IMG/VR virus record: IMGVR_UViG_3300025723_000044
Location: 1-57,251 of that record
DNA from: a virus
Lineage: Duplodnaviria; Caudoviricetes
Length of the DNA: 57,251 nucleotides
Reading direction: 5' to 3' (one strand)
Shown here: positions 17,051-26,340 of the stretch, in pieces
Position numbering within the stretch: position 1 is the first letter of the stretch
Layout: each line of letters opens with the position of its first letter
Notes under the pieces: model-generated
The model's input: only the letters and a program-made list of their open reading frames with translations
The model's database searches: none
What the model was told of the DNA's origin: nothing
Position numbers and translations under genes: made by a program

Positions 17051-17755
17051 ATGGGACGTAGTACGTTTGAAGGCCCAATCATATCGGGCGACAATAGATT
17101 TGGCCCCCTGCGCAATATTGGGTATGCCCAATTGGTGCAGAACGTGGACTTGGACATCTCCAACGCAGTTGTTGGTACATCCACTTACGCTGGCGCATCA
17201 GGACAGTTTGTTGCCTCCAACGGCATTCCAAACTTAAACGCAGTTGTTTTTACACCTTCTGCCAATTCAACACCCACCGCACAGACACTTCCTGCTGATT
17301 CAGCAACGAACGTGTATCGTGGCGCAGTGTTCTATTTGCCCACAGGCGCAGATTTGGATGATATCTTTTTTGATATTGCCACTGCGTTTTCAGTAACTGG
17401 TGGCACAGCTTCTTTGACCAGCGTTCAGTTTTTGGCTTCCAATAACTACACCGCTGCCGCTGGTACAGCCGCTTATTTCCAAACAGGCGTATTAACATCC
17501 AATGCAGTTGGTCGTCAGTCTTTGGCTACCTTTACTGGTACACAGATTACCAATCAATCTTCAACATCAACAGACATTTATCAAGGCGGTACACAGCCTA
17601 ACTTGTCGCAAGTTGTGGTCACGATTGCTATGGTTGGTACGGCGCTAAATACTCGTACAAGCATGGCTGGACAGCTCAATGTAACCTTGCGTTACACACA
17701 GCCTGACAACAACATTGGCAACTTGACAACTTACCCCTACGGTAACTTCGATTAA
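17051..17755 (+). CDS. Virion structural protein (head accessory)
   Basis: MGRSTFEGPI start; TAAGGA RBS; Thr/Ser/Gly beta-rich. Confidence 0.75.
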   Translation: MGRSTFEGPIISGDNRFGPLRNIGYAQLVQNVDLDISNAVVGTSTYAGASGQFVASNGIPNLNAVVFTPSANSTPTAQTLPADSATNVYRGAVFYLPTGADLDDIFFDIATAFSVTGGTASLTSVQFLASNNYTAAAGTAAYFQTGVLTSNAVGRQSLATFTGTQITNQSSTSTDIYQGGTQPNLSQVVVTIAMVGTALNTRTSMAGQLNVTLRYTQPDNNIGNLTTYPYGNFD

Positions 17756-17794
17756 TCAAGGGGGCTCCGGCCCCTATTCTTTAGGAGATTAATC

Positions 17795-18283
17795 ATGATG
17801 CAAACAGACGTAAAGTCCACACATATTATGGTGGGGACTTCTGGTTTGGTTTTTGGTAACCGTACTCGTCTCAAGGGTGCTGTTGTATCAAATTCAGTTT
17901 CTGGAACGCCAGCCAATGTAGCTTTTGCTAATAATGTTAGCGTAAGCGGTACATACACTACTTCTACCACAACTTGCACCATAACCACGACTACTAACCA
18001 TAATCTTGGTACGGGTATGAGGGTATTGGTAGTTTTTACCAGCGGCACAAACCCAACTGGGCCTTATGCAGTCACTGTCACTAGTGGAACTACATTCACA
18101 ATCACGGTTCCTAGCAGCTCACAAACTGGAAACGTAACTGTATATCCAACCATTTTGATGGAAGTTGATATTACAAATAGCGTTCCTGTTAATGTGTTGA
18201 TACCTGGTGAAGGTATTGTTGCTGATAATGGGATTTATTGCGGCGTTCCAACCAACATTGCTGCAACGGTGTTCTATGGCTAA
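17795..18283 (+). CDS. Virion structural protein with FCCH-like beta insert
   Basis: MQTDVKS...IPGEGI...ATVFYG frame with TITTTTNHNLGTG...TFTIT insert; TAGGAG RBS. Confidence 0.75.
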   Translation: MMQTDVKSTHIMVGTSGLVFGNRTRLKGAVVSNSVSGTPANVAFANNVSVSGTYTTSTTTCTITTTTNHNLGTGMRVLVVFTSGTNPTGPYAVTVTSGTTFTITVPSSSQTGNVTVYPTILMEVDITNSVPVNVLIPGEGIVADNGIYCGVPTNIAATVFYG

Positions 18284-18566
18284 GACACCAGCATGGCAAC
18301 GCAAAGAAGGGAAGAATCCGAACGGCGGGCTAAACGCCAAGGGTCGTGCATCCGCCGCGAAGGAGGGGATGAATTTAAAGCCTCCCCAACCCGAGGGCGG
18401 ATCAAGGAAGAAGTCTTTTTGCGCAAGAATGTCAGGAATGAAAGCCAAGTTGACATCGTCAAAGACGGCCAACGACCCAAACAGTCGGATTAACAAAAGC
18501 CTACGGGCTTGGCATTGTGCGGATGGATGTGCAATAAGAGGGCACACAAAAGGAAGGATGGTCTGA
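18276..18566 (+). CDS. Small basic protein (start MAKTPAWQRKEGK)
   Basis: GGLNAKGRAS...SFCARMSG...SRINKSLRAWHC; overlaps the upstream stop. Confidence 0.8.
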   Translation: MAKTPAWQRKEGKNPNGGLNAKGRASAAKEGMNLKPPQPEGGSRKKSFCARMSGMKAKLTSSKTANDPNSRINKSLRAWHCADGCAIRGHTKGRMV

Positions 18567-18567
18567 C

Positions 18568-19050
18568 ATGCCAAGCACCAGTAAGAAACAACACAATTTT
18601 ATGGAAGCAATTGCCCATAACAAGGCGTTTGCAAAGAAGGTGGGGATCCCACAAAAAGTGGGACAGGATTTTAGCAACGCCGACAAAGGCAAAACTTTTA
18701 AAGAAGGTGGAAATATGGAAAAGCATGAAATGCACTCACATCACATGAAGATGGCGCATCATCACTTGAAAGAAGCGATGAAGCATGGCGGGCACGTCAA
18801 GAAGATGGCTTCTGGTGGCATGACCACTGGTATGCACGGTGATGACGAGAAAAAAGGCATGACCACTGCTAAGATGGGCAAAGTCAAAGAAGGCGGCAAC
18901 AAGCGTTTTGGTGAGCACTCTGTTCAAGAGCGTGGGCATACCCGCGCATTGCAAGAGAAAATGAAGGGTAATACCATTGGTAATGGCCCCTTGGTTAATG
19001 TTAAAGGCCCAGCCATGAAACGTGGCGGCAAAACCCACCACAAGAAGTGA
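18568..19050 (+). CDS. Basic Lys/Met/His-rich protein with five xxGG motifs
   Basis: MPSTSKKQHNFM...; FKEGG, MKHGG, MASGG, VKEGG, MKRGG. Confidence 0.8.
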   Translation: MPSTSKKQHNFMEAIAHNKAFAKKVGIPQKVGQDFSNADKGKTFKEGGNMEKHEMHSHHMKMAHHHLKEAMKHGGHVKKMASGGMTTGMHGDDEKKGMTTAKMGKVKEGGNKRFGEHSVQERGHTRALQEKMKGNTIGNGPLVNVKGPAMKRGGKTHHKK

Positions 19051-19057
19051 GATCAAT

Positions 19058-19267
19058 ATGAAACATCATCATCCAGAACACCACGAGCACGTTCATCCTG
19101 CGGGGCACGAGCATCCCCATGAGCACAAACACCATGTGCATCACATGAAGGAACACCATGATGGTGGCCATACGCACCATTCAGAGCACTACAAAGAGCA
19201 CGCGGCTGGGCACAAGTTGCACCACCACGAGATCGAGCATTTGCACAAACATCAAAAACACGCCTAG
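19058..19267 (+). CDS. Extremely His-rich peptide (30 His in 69 aa)
   Basis: MKHHHPEHHEHVHPAGHEHPHEHKHHVHHMKEHHDGGH...; fits between stop 19050 and RBS of 19277. Confidence 0.7.
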   Translation: MKHHHPEHHEHVHPAGHEHPHEHKHHVHHMKEHHDGGHTHHSEHYKEHAAGHKLHHHEIEHLHKHQKHA

Positions 19268-19276
19268 GAGAACACT

Positions 19277-19483
19277 ATGCCTATGATGCCAATGGCTAGA
19301 CCAATGACACGCCCAGTGGGCGCTCGTATGCCTGTAGCTCCTATGATGGCTGCAGCTCGTCCCGGTGGTATGAAAAAAGGCGGCACTGCGCATCGCGCGA
19401 GTGAACGTGCTGACGGTTGTTGCGAAAAAGGACACACCAAAGGCAAGATCGTAATGTGTGGCGGCGGGATGTACAAAAAATGA
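19277..19483 (+). CDS. Small Met/Lys-rich protein
   Basis: TAGGAG RBS; MKKGG and RADGCCEKGHTKG motifs. Confidence 0.75.
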   Translation: MPMMPMARPMTRPVGARMPVAPMMAAARPGGMKKGGTAHRASERADGCCEKGHTKGKIVMCGGGMYKK

Positions 19484-19734
19484 TGGCCAGTCGTGGCATG
19501 GGTGATATTAATCCATCCAAAATGCCAGGTAAAAAGACAATACATCGCAAGGATAATCCAAACGATGTATCAGTCTACAAAAAGGGCGGTGAAGTTTGGG
19601 ATAAGCCTAGACCAAAAAGTTTAGGCAAACCCAAAAAACTAAGCCCCGCTAAAAAAGCCGCTGCTAAAGCTATGGCTAAAAAAGCAGGTCGGCCATACCC
19701 AAATCTTGTAGATAACATAAGAGCGGCCAAATAA
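19480..19734 (+). CDS. Small basic protein (start MMASRGMGDINPSK)
   Basis: YKKGG; AKKAGRPYPNLVDN; ATGA and TAATG coupling. Confidence 0.75.
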   Translation: MMASRGMGDINPSKMPGKKTIHRKDNPNDVSVYKKGGEVWDKPRPKSLGKPKKLSPAKKAAAKAMAKKAGRPYPNLVDNIRAAK

Positions 19735-20687
19735 TGGTTCAAACATCTGGTGTAGCAGCGTTCAATTTACAGCTTCCCGAGTTGGTCGAGGAGGCTTTTG
19801 AGCGTTGTGGGGGTGAATCCCGCACTGGATACGATATCCGTACCGCCCGCCGTTCAATGAACTTATTGTTTGCGGACTGGGCTAATCGCGGCATCAACAT
19901 GTGGACGTTTGAACAAGACGTTATCACATTGGCGCAGGGGCAACCTACGTACGTGATTCCAGACGATACAGTGGATTTGCTTGAACATGTTATCAGAACT
20001 CAGCAAAACCAACCCAGTAATCAAGCGGACTTGACCATTACGCGTATCAGTGTTTCTACTTACGCAACCATTCCCAACAAGTTGATACAAGGGCGCCCTA
20101 TCCAGTTGTGGATTCAGCGTCTGACAGCCAACACACAGCCTACAGGCGTGACTGTTTTAAATGCTGTGGGTACAACAGATACCACGATTGCCGTCAGTAC
20201 ATTGGCAGGTTTGCCCAATGCTGGCTGGATTACGCTTGATAATGAACTGATTGGTTGGAATGAGCTACAACCCGCTGCTAACGGCAACCCAGCGTACCTA
20301 TTAAATTGCACACGCGGACAAGGCAATACGATTGCGGCCACCCATAGCGCTGGAATTGCGGTACTTTTGACCCAGAAAAACAGCGTAACCGTGTGGCCTA
20401 CACCTGACGGATCTACAACTTGGCAATTGGTCTACTGGCGTATGCGTAGAGTGCAAGATGCTGGGGGTGGAACCAACATTGCAGACGTGCCTTTTAGGTT
20501 TATACCTGCTTTGGTAGCAGGTTTGTCCTATTACATGGCATTAAAAGTGCCCGGAGCGCTTGAAAGACTGCAAGTTTTGAAGGCTCAGTACGATGAAGCG
20601 TGGGAATTGGCTGCGGCAGAGGATCATGAGAAGGCGGCGGTGCGTTTTGTACCCCGCAGAATGTACATTGGTGGGGGTTATTCGTAA
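19734..20687 (+). CDS. Head-tail adaptor (P22 gp4/T7 gp11-like) with inserted domain
   Basis: EEAFERCG...ARRSMNLLFADWANRGINMW, VWPTPD, DVPFRFIPALVAGLSYY. Confidence 0.7.
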   Translation: MVQTSGVAAFNLQLPELVEEAFERCGGESRTGYDIRTARRSMNLLFADWANRGINMWTFEQDVITLAQGQPTYVIPDDTVDLLEHVIRTQQNQPSNQADLTITRISVSTYATIPNKLIQGRPIQLWIQRLTANTQPTGVTVLNAVGTTDTTIAVSTLAGLPNAGWITLDNELIGWNELQPAANGNPAYLLNCTRGQGNTIAATHSAGIAVLLTQKNSVTVWPTPDGSTTWQLVYWRMRRVQDAGGGTNIADVPFRFIPALVAGLSYYMALKVPGALERLQVLKAQYDEAWELAAAEDHEKAAVRFVPRRMYIGGGYS

Positions 20688-21076
20688 TGGGTAACCGATT
20701 TTCCTCTGGCAAGAACTCGATTGCCGAGTGTGATCGGTGTGGTTTCCAGTTTAAACTGACAGAACTCAAAAAAGAAATCATTAAAACCAAGGTTTATGAT
20801 TTAAAAGTCTGTCCAGCTTGTTGGGATCCAGATCAGCCTCAGTTGCAATTGGGTATGTACCCAGTAGATGACCCTCAAGGGGTGCGCGATCCGCGCCCTG
20901 ACACCACATATTACGCTTCTGGCACAACAGCCACAGGTAGTATTGGAGAAGGTAGCAGAGTTTTTCAGTGGGGTTGGAACCCCGTGGGTGGAGCTAGTAG
21001 TTTTGATGTCGCGTTGACTCAAAATGCCTTGATACCTACGGTACAAATTGGTACAGTTACGATAGTTACAACGTAG
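20687..21076 (+). CDS. Zinc-ribbon protein
   Basis: CDRC...CPAC; DPQGVRDPRPD. Confidence 0.8.
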   Translation: MGNRFSSGKNSIAECDRCGFQFKLTELKKEIIKTKVYDLKVCPACWDPDQPQLQLGMYPVDDPQGVRDPRPDTTYYASGTTATGSIGEGSRVFQWGWNPVGGASSFDVALTQNALIPTVQIGTVTIVTT

Positions 21077-21085
21077 GAGTTTAAA

Positions 21086-21274
21086 ATGAAAGATGACGAT
21101 CTAAAACAAGACAAAAAGCTGATTAAAAAAGCTTTTTCTATGCACGACAAACAAGAGCACAAAGGCGGCAAAGGAACTAACTTGTCCAAGCTCAAAAAAG
21201 GCGGCCCCACAGGTAAAGACATGCGCGCGCAAGGCCGTAACATGGCGCGCGCTAGAAACCAAAGAGGTGGTTAA
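21086..21274 (+). CDS. Small basic protein
   Basis: TAGGAG RBS; LKKGG; GRNMARARNQ. Confidence 0.75.
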   Translation: MKDDDLKQDKKLIKKAFSMHDKQEHKGGKGTNLSKLKKGGPTGKDMRAQGRNMARARNQRGG

Positions 21275-21610
21275 ATGAAAAACTATCCAAGTGCAGTAGC
21301 AGCATTAAAGGCTGCCGAAAAACGCGGAGATAAAGAATTTAAAGTTAAATTCATGGATAAAAAAGAGTCTGCCAAAATGGCTAAAAACAATCGTCCTGCG
21401 TCTGAGTACGCAAAGCCCCACACAATGGAAGGCAAAGCTGTTGGCCCCAAAGATGCGGGCACAGAGCCAGAGTTCCAAAAGAAAAAGAACTGGGTACCAC
21501 TCATGGGCGTATCCATCACGATGGATGACCGCGTTGAGACTGAAGGCATCAAGATTCGCGGTACAGGCGCAGCAACTAAAGGCGTGATGGCAAGAGGCCC
21601 GATGGCATGA
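21275..21610 (+). CDS. Small basic protein
   Basis: GAGGTG RBS; C-terminal IRGTGAATKGVMARGPMA. Confidence 0.75.
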   Translation: MKNYPSAVAALKAAEKRGDKEFKVKFMDKKESAKMAKNNRPASEYAKPHTMEGKAVGPKDAGTEPEFQKKKNWVPLMGVSITMDDRVETEGIKIRGTGAATKGVMARGPMA

Positions 21611-22467
21611 ACTACGCCCAGCTTAAGCAAAACATTCAGGACTACACGCAGAACTACGAAACTACTTTCGTAGCGGATATTCCTACGTTTGTTGAGCAAG
21701 CTGAGCAACGCATTTTTAACTCAGTACAGTTCCCATCATTGCGTAAAAATGTGGTAGGGTCAATTACGCCATACAATCAATATTTGGCGCTTCCTTCTGA
21801 CTTTTTGGCTCCGTACTCATTGGCTATTTATGAAAATGCTTCAACAACAGCCACAGGTACTTCAGGCGCTTATACCATCACGGTTGGATCCAGCTCAAAT
21901 ATTATCCCGGGACAGATTGCTTCTGGGACAGGTATTGCACCGGGAGCCACTGTTGTTAACGTTAATGGACTTGTTATTACTTTAAATTTGCCCAATACAG
22001 GCACCGTCTCTGGCACAGTAACATTCCAAGGTAACTATTCATTTTTACTCAACAAAGACGTTAACTTTATTCGTGAAGTTTACAGCAACCCCATTGCTTA
22101 CGGCACACCACAATACTACGCATTGTTCGGCCCAACAGTTACATCAGGTGTGGTAACAACCAATTTAACGGGCATTATGGGCCCAACACCGGATACCAAT
22201 TACTATTCCGAGCTCCATTATTACTACTACCCCGTGTCCATTTCACAAACAGCAGATGGCACAAGTTGGCTCGGAAATAATTTTGATACCGTACTTTTGT
22301 ATGGTTCTTTGGTTGAGGCTTACACATTCATGAAGGGTGAGACCGACATGATGACGCTGTATAACCAAAAGTACGTCGAAGCACTTGCTTTGGCCAAACG
22401 TCTTGGAGATGGTATGGAACGTCAAGATGCGTACCGTACGCCTCAATTTAGAGAGGCGGTTACATGA
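21607..22467 (+). CDS. Second head-tail adaptor-like protein with inserted beta-domain
   Basis: MNYAQLKQNIQDY...AEQRI, GPTPD, WLGNNFDTVLLYGSLVEAY. Confidence 0.7.
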   Translation: MNYAQLKQNIQDYTQNYETTFVADIPTFVEQAEQRIFNSVQFPSLRKNVVGSITPYNQYLALPSDFLAPYSLAIYENASTTATGTSGAYTITVGSSSNIIPGQIASGTGIAPGATVVNVNGLVITLNLPNTGTVSGTVTFQGNYSFLLNKDVNFIREVYSNPIAYGTPQYYALFGPTVTSGVVTTNLTGIMGPTPDTNYYSELHYYYYPVSISQTADGTSWLGNNFDTVLLYGSLVEAYTFMKGETDMMTLYNQKYVEALALAKRLGDGMERQDAYRTPQFREAVT

Positions 22468-22907
22468 GCATAGTCCAAACGGCTACGACCAGCTTTAAAG
22501 TCCAGCTCGCGCAGGGCGTGCATAACTTTGGGCCAACCAGCCCCAATACGTTTTATATTGCGTTGTTTACGTCATTGGCCACAATTAATGCGTCCACAAC
22601 ACAGTATTCCAGTCAACTTGTTGGGGAAATTACAGGAACAGGGTACACGGCAGGCGGTATTCCATTGACTATTGTGCAAGCGCCTACATCAGGTTCTACA
22701 GGCGGTACGGTGGCCTATTGGTCGTTTGACAACGCGGTATGGAATCCAGCGGCCTTTACAGCTCGGGGCGCCCTGATTTACAATCAAAGTCAAAGCAATG
22801 CTTCTGTAGCTATTCTTGATTTTGGTGCAGACAAGACTTGCGCTACTTCATTCACTATTCAATTCCCCGCTGTTAACAGCACCAACGCAATACTGAGGAT
22901 AGCATGA
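22464..22907 (+). CDS. Tail structural protein, paralogue of 23106
   Basis: TSFK..L..G.HNF...FYIALFT...GTGYTAGG..LT...LDFGADK. Confidence 0.8.
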   Translation: MSIVQTATTSFKVQLAQGVHNFGPTSPNTFYIALFTSLATINASTTQYSSQLVGEITGTGYTAGGIPLTIVQAPTSGSTGGTVAYWSFDNAVWNPAAFTARGALIYNQSQSNASVAILDFGADKTCATSFTIQFPAVNSTNAILRIA

Positions 22908-23095
22908 TCATCACGACTACCAAAGGTGATATGGACGAGTCTCTTCTTGAAAAGAAAGAAGGTTCTGTCGACAACGAAAACGAGTACACAACATGGGATG
23001 AGTATTGGTTAGATGGAGAGCTTGTACATCGTTCAGTTCACGTTACTTTAAAAAAATCCCCTTTTTCAGATTTATTTGCTGCCTCTTTAGGCTAA
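22904..23095 (+). CDS. Small acidic hypothetical protein
   Basis: GAGGA RBS, ATGA overlap; EYWLDGELVHRSVHV. Confidence 0.75.
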   Translation: MIITTTKGDMDESLLEKKEGSVDNENEYTTWDEYWLDGELVHRSVHVTLKKSPFSDLFAASLG

Positions 23096-23105
23096 AGGAA
23101 ATATC

Positions 23106-23585
23106 ATGGCCAATACCCAATCAATGTGTACTTCTTTCTTGGGCGAGTTGTTAAGCGCAACGCACAACTTTAGCTCTGCTAATCCTGCTCACACAGCTAG
23201 TACTGCTGATACATTCAAGGCGGCTTTGTATGTTACGACTGCGACCATCAATGCAGCTACAACAGCATACTCAGCAACCAATGAAGTGTCTGGTACAGGT
23301 TATACGGCGGGTGGCATCACAGTAACAAATGCAACCAATCCATCTTCTACAAACAGTTCTTCAACGGCTGGTGTAGGTTATTGGACTCCGTCAGGCAATT
23401 TGGTTTATTCATCTGTTACGTTGGCAACAGCGTTTGATACTGTTTTGATTTACAACTCAACACAAGCAAACAAAGCTGTATCAGTTCACACATTTGGTTC
23501 ACAGACCATCACGGCTGGTACATTTACTTTGACCATGCCTTCAAATACCACGACAACTGCTTTATTGCGTTTGTCAACCACCTAA
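23106..23585 (+). CDS. Tail structural protein, paralogue of 22464
   Basis: CTSFLGELL..THNF...TFKAALY...GTGYTAGGIT. Confidence 0.8.
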   Translation: MANTQSMCTSFLGELLSATHNFSSANPAHTASTADTFKAALYVTTATINAATTAYSATNEVSGTGYTAGGITVTNATNPSSTNSSSTAGVGYWTPSGNLVYSSVTLATAFDTVLIYNSTQANKAVSVHTFGSQTITAGTFTLTMPSNTTTTALLRLSTT

Positions 23586-23595
23586 TAGGTGAGTT

Positions 23596-24540
23596 ATGGC
23601 TGGGTGGGGCAGTAATAACTGGGGTGATGGCCCGTGGGGGCAGGGATTAACGTCACTTACAGGAAATGCTGCTTCAGGTAATGTAGGAACTCAAACGCCT
23701 AGCATTACGATTGCCTTAACAGGTGTTGGAGCATCAGGTTTAGTTGGAAATGTTAGCGAAGCCGATACTGGTAATATAAGCGGTGTCGTTGCTTCAGGTA
23801 CTGTCGGGTCTGTATCTGGTAATGTTACGGTTTCTCTAACCGGGGTAGGTGCATCAGGGTCAGTTCAAGCGCCCACAGTCAATATCACGATAGCCCTATC
23901 TGGTGTAGGAGCAAGTGGTAGCGTAGGGTCAGTACTAATAAGCAATGCAGTGGCGTTGTCTGGTGTTCTAGCAAGTGGGTTTACAGGTACTGTATCGGGC
24001 GGTAAATCATTTAGCATTACAGGCGTCAATGCCTTTGGTGCTGTTGGTACGCTAACTGATAGTGAAACGGATGGTGTTTCTGGGGACGGCGCAACAGGTT
24101 CTGTTGGTACGGTTGGAGCTAATCTAACACTTGCAATCACAGGTGTTGGCGCATCTGGTGCAGTCGGGTCAGTTAGTGCAAACCCTAGTCAAGCACTTTC
24201 TGGTGTTGATGGATTTGGTGCGGTAGGCGTTTTATCAGTCCCGTTAGGTTCTGTTGTAGCCACAGGCGATGTTGGGGCGGTTGGCGCTAATATCACTTTG
24301 GCTTTGACAGGGGTTGGGTCAACTGGCGCGGTTGGAAGGGTGTCAGTAACCGGTAGAGGAGCTACACTTACGGGAGTAGCCGCGGTTGGGCAAATTGGAA
24401 CATTGACAGCAATTTATTGGAGTTTAATTGATGACAGCCAGACTGCTTCGTGGCAAAATATAGCTGACGCTCAAACACCGGGCTGGTCAACAATTGATGA
24501 TACTGAATCAGCAAATTGGACGTTGATACCTACAGAATGA
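23596..24540 (+). CDS. Gly/Val/Ser-rich repeat fibre-like protein
   Basis: GWG..WG..PWG start; ~19-aa LTGVGASGxVG repeats; Trp-repeat C-terminus. Confidence 0.8.
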   Translation: MAGWGSNNWGDGPWGQGLTSLTGNAASGNVGTQTPSITIALTGVGASGLVGNVSEADTGNISGVVASGTVGSVSGNVTVSLTGVGASGSVQAPTVNITIALSGVGASGSVGSVLISNAVALSGVLASGFTGTVSGGKSFSITGVNAFGAVGTLTDSETDGVSGDGATGSVGTVGANLTLAITGVGASGAVGSVSANPSQALSGVDGFGAVGVLSVPLGSVVATGDVGAVGANITLALTGVGSTGAVGRVSVTGRGATLTGVAAVGQIGTLTAIYWSLIDDSQTASWQNIADAQTPGWSTIDDTESANWTLIPTE

Positions 24541-24547
24541 GGAACAA

Positions 24548-26338
24548 ATGACAATTACACCAACAACATTATTAGCTTTACCAATCATTACAACGGGTAC
24601 TGAGTCAGGTCTTTGGGGGGATGAAGTAAACAACGGCTTAACACAATATCTTGATGTTTCTATTGCAGGCACACAAACCATTAGCGGTAGCCAAACAGCC
24701 GTTACATTATCTTTAACTGCCGGAACAAGCAGCGTAACTAATCTTGCACAAGCTGGCGCTGGGGCTACTGGATCGGCGCAGTATCAAATCATTAATTGTA
24801 CTGGTAACCCCGCAAGTCTTTTAACAATTACTGTACCCGCATCAAGCAAAACTTACATTATCATCAACGCTACAACGACTAGCCAGTCTGTAAAAATTGT
24901 AGGAGCAGGGCCAACATCAGGCGTTACCGTAGCTAGTGGGCAAAGAGCTTTGGTTGCATGGAACGGTTCTGATTTTGTCCAAGTAGGCGCATCGGCTGGT
25001 GGATCAACCACGCAAGTTCAATTTAATAGTTCTGGCGCATTGGCAGGGTCATCATCTCTTACATGGGATGGTACATCTTTATCCGCTAGTAATTTTGTAG
25101 CCACCGCCACTACTTCTGGATCTTCAAATAAAGGTGCTTATTCTTACGGAACGCTGGGTTATTCAGATGTAAACCACATCTTGACAATGCAGGCTAGCCA
25201 AAATAATTATATCCAAATGGAGATCCAGAACACCAGCAGTGGTGCGTCAGCTTCTGCCGACGTGGTAGTAGGAAATAGCAATACGACCGCCAGTACATAT
25301 TACGGTGACTTTGGTATGAACTCATCTGGGTTCAGCGGTACTGGAGCTTTGGGCGCCGCAAACAATGTTTATTTAACATCAACGACTGCGGATTTGGCAA
25401 TAGGTACAACCACATCAAACCCAATTCACTTTGTAATTGGTGGTAGCGCTACAGATGCGATGACAATCAATACGTCAGGCGCTATTGCTGTTAATGGTTC
25501 TTACGGTACGGCTGGTTATTATTTACAAACGAATGGTTCAGGTAGTGCGCCCACATGGACAGCAGTTAATTCTGCAAGTTCAACCTACACACGCACTAGC
25601 TTTACAGCCACAGCATCCCAAACCACATTTACTGTTACCTATACTGTTGGTTATGTAGCCGTTTATTTAAATGGTGTGCTTTTAAATGGCGCTGATTACA
25701 CGGCCACTAACGGAACTTCTATTGTTCTAGCCGTTGGCGCTAACTCTGGTGATATTGTTGAAACAATTGCATACTCCATTAACGCAGTTGGTACAATCAA
25801 CGCAAGCAATATTACTGGTATATTGGCAATAGCAAATGGTGGAACAGGCGCAACGACATTGTCAGGAGCCAATATTCCTACAACAAATGCATCCAATACA
25901 TTTACAGCAACACAAATATTTAACGGTTCTTCAAGCACCTTTGCTACAACCCTATTAGATGCCAATGAAACTGTTAATGTGGTGGCAGCGGCTCCATCGG
26001 CGACAACCAACTTTTACATCCAATCGGGTGGTGTTCAGTATTACACATCCAATGCCGCAAACAATTGGACATTAAATATTGCGTTTTCTAGTGGCACATC
26101 ATTAAACACAGCATTGTCAACAGGACAGTCTGTGACTTTTACTTTGATTACAACTCAAGGTTCTACTGCTTACTACAATAACGCAGTTACGATTGACGGC
26201 ACATCAGTAACACCTAAATGGATTGGTGGTGCGCCTACTGCTGGTAATGCTAGTGGACTTGATGTTTATAGATTTGCCGTGGTAAAGACTGCAAGTGCAA
26301 CTTATACGGTTTTAGCATCATTAACTCAATATAAATAA
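24548..26338 (+). CDS. Tail fibre protein
   Basis: GTESGLWGDEVNNGLT anchor; VQFNSSGAL, LAIANGGTGATT fibre motifs. Confidence 0.8.
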   Translation: MTITPTTLLALPIITTGTESGLWGDEVNNGLTQYLDVSIAGTQTISGSQTAVTLSLTAGTSSVTNLAQAGAGATGSAQYQIINCTGNPASLLTITVPASSKTYIIINATTTSQSVKIVGAGPTSGVTVASGQRALVAWNGSDFVQVGASAGGSTTQVQFNSSGALAGSSSLTWDGTSLSASNFVATATTSGSSNKGAYSYGTLGYSDVNHILTMQASQNNYIQMEIQNTSSGASASADVVVGNSNTTASTYYGDFGMNSSGFSGTGALGAANNVYLTSTTADLAIGTTTSNPIHFVIGGSATDAMTINTSGAIAVNGSYGTAGYYLQTNGSGSAPTWTAVNSASSTYTRTSFTATASQTTFTVTYTVGYVAVYLNGVLLNGADYTATNGTSIVLAVGANSGDIVETIAYSINAVGTINASNITGILAIANGGTGATTLSGANIPTTNASNTFTATQIFNGSSSTFATTLLDANETVNVVAAAPSATTNFYIQSGGVQYYTSNAANNWTLNIAFSSGTSLNTALSTGQSVTFTLITTQGSTAYYNNAVTIDGTSVTPKWIGGAPTAGNASGLDVYRFAVVKTASATYTVLASLTQYK

Positions 26339-26340
26339 TC

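Noticed and set aside
17759-17782. GGGGC-TCCG-GCCCC hairpin as a strong terminator
   Set aside because: Following tract (TATTCTTT) is interrupted and the next RBS follows immediately; at most a weak terminator or stabiliser.
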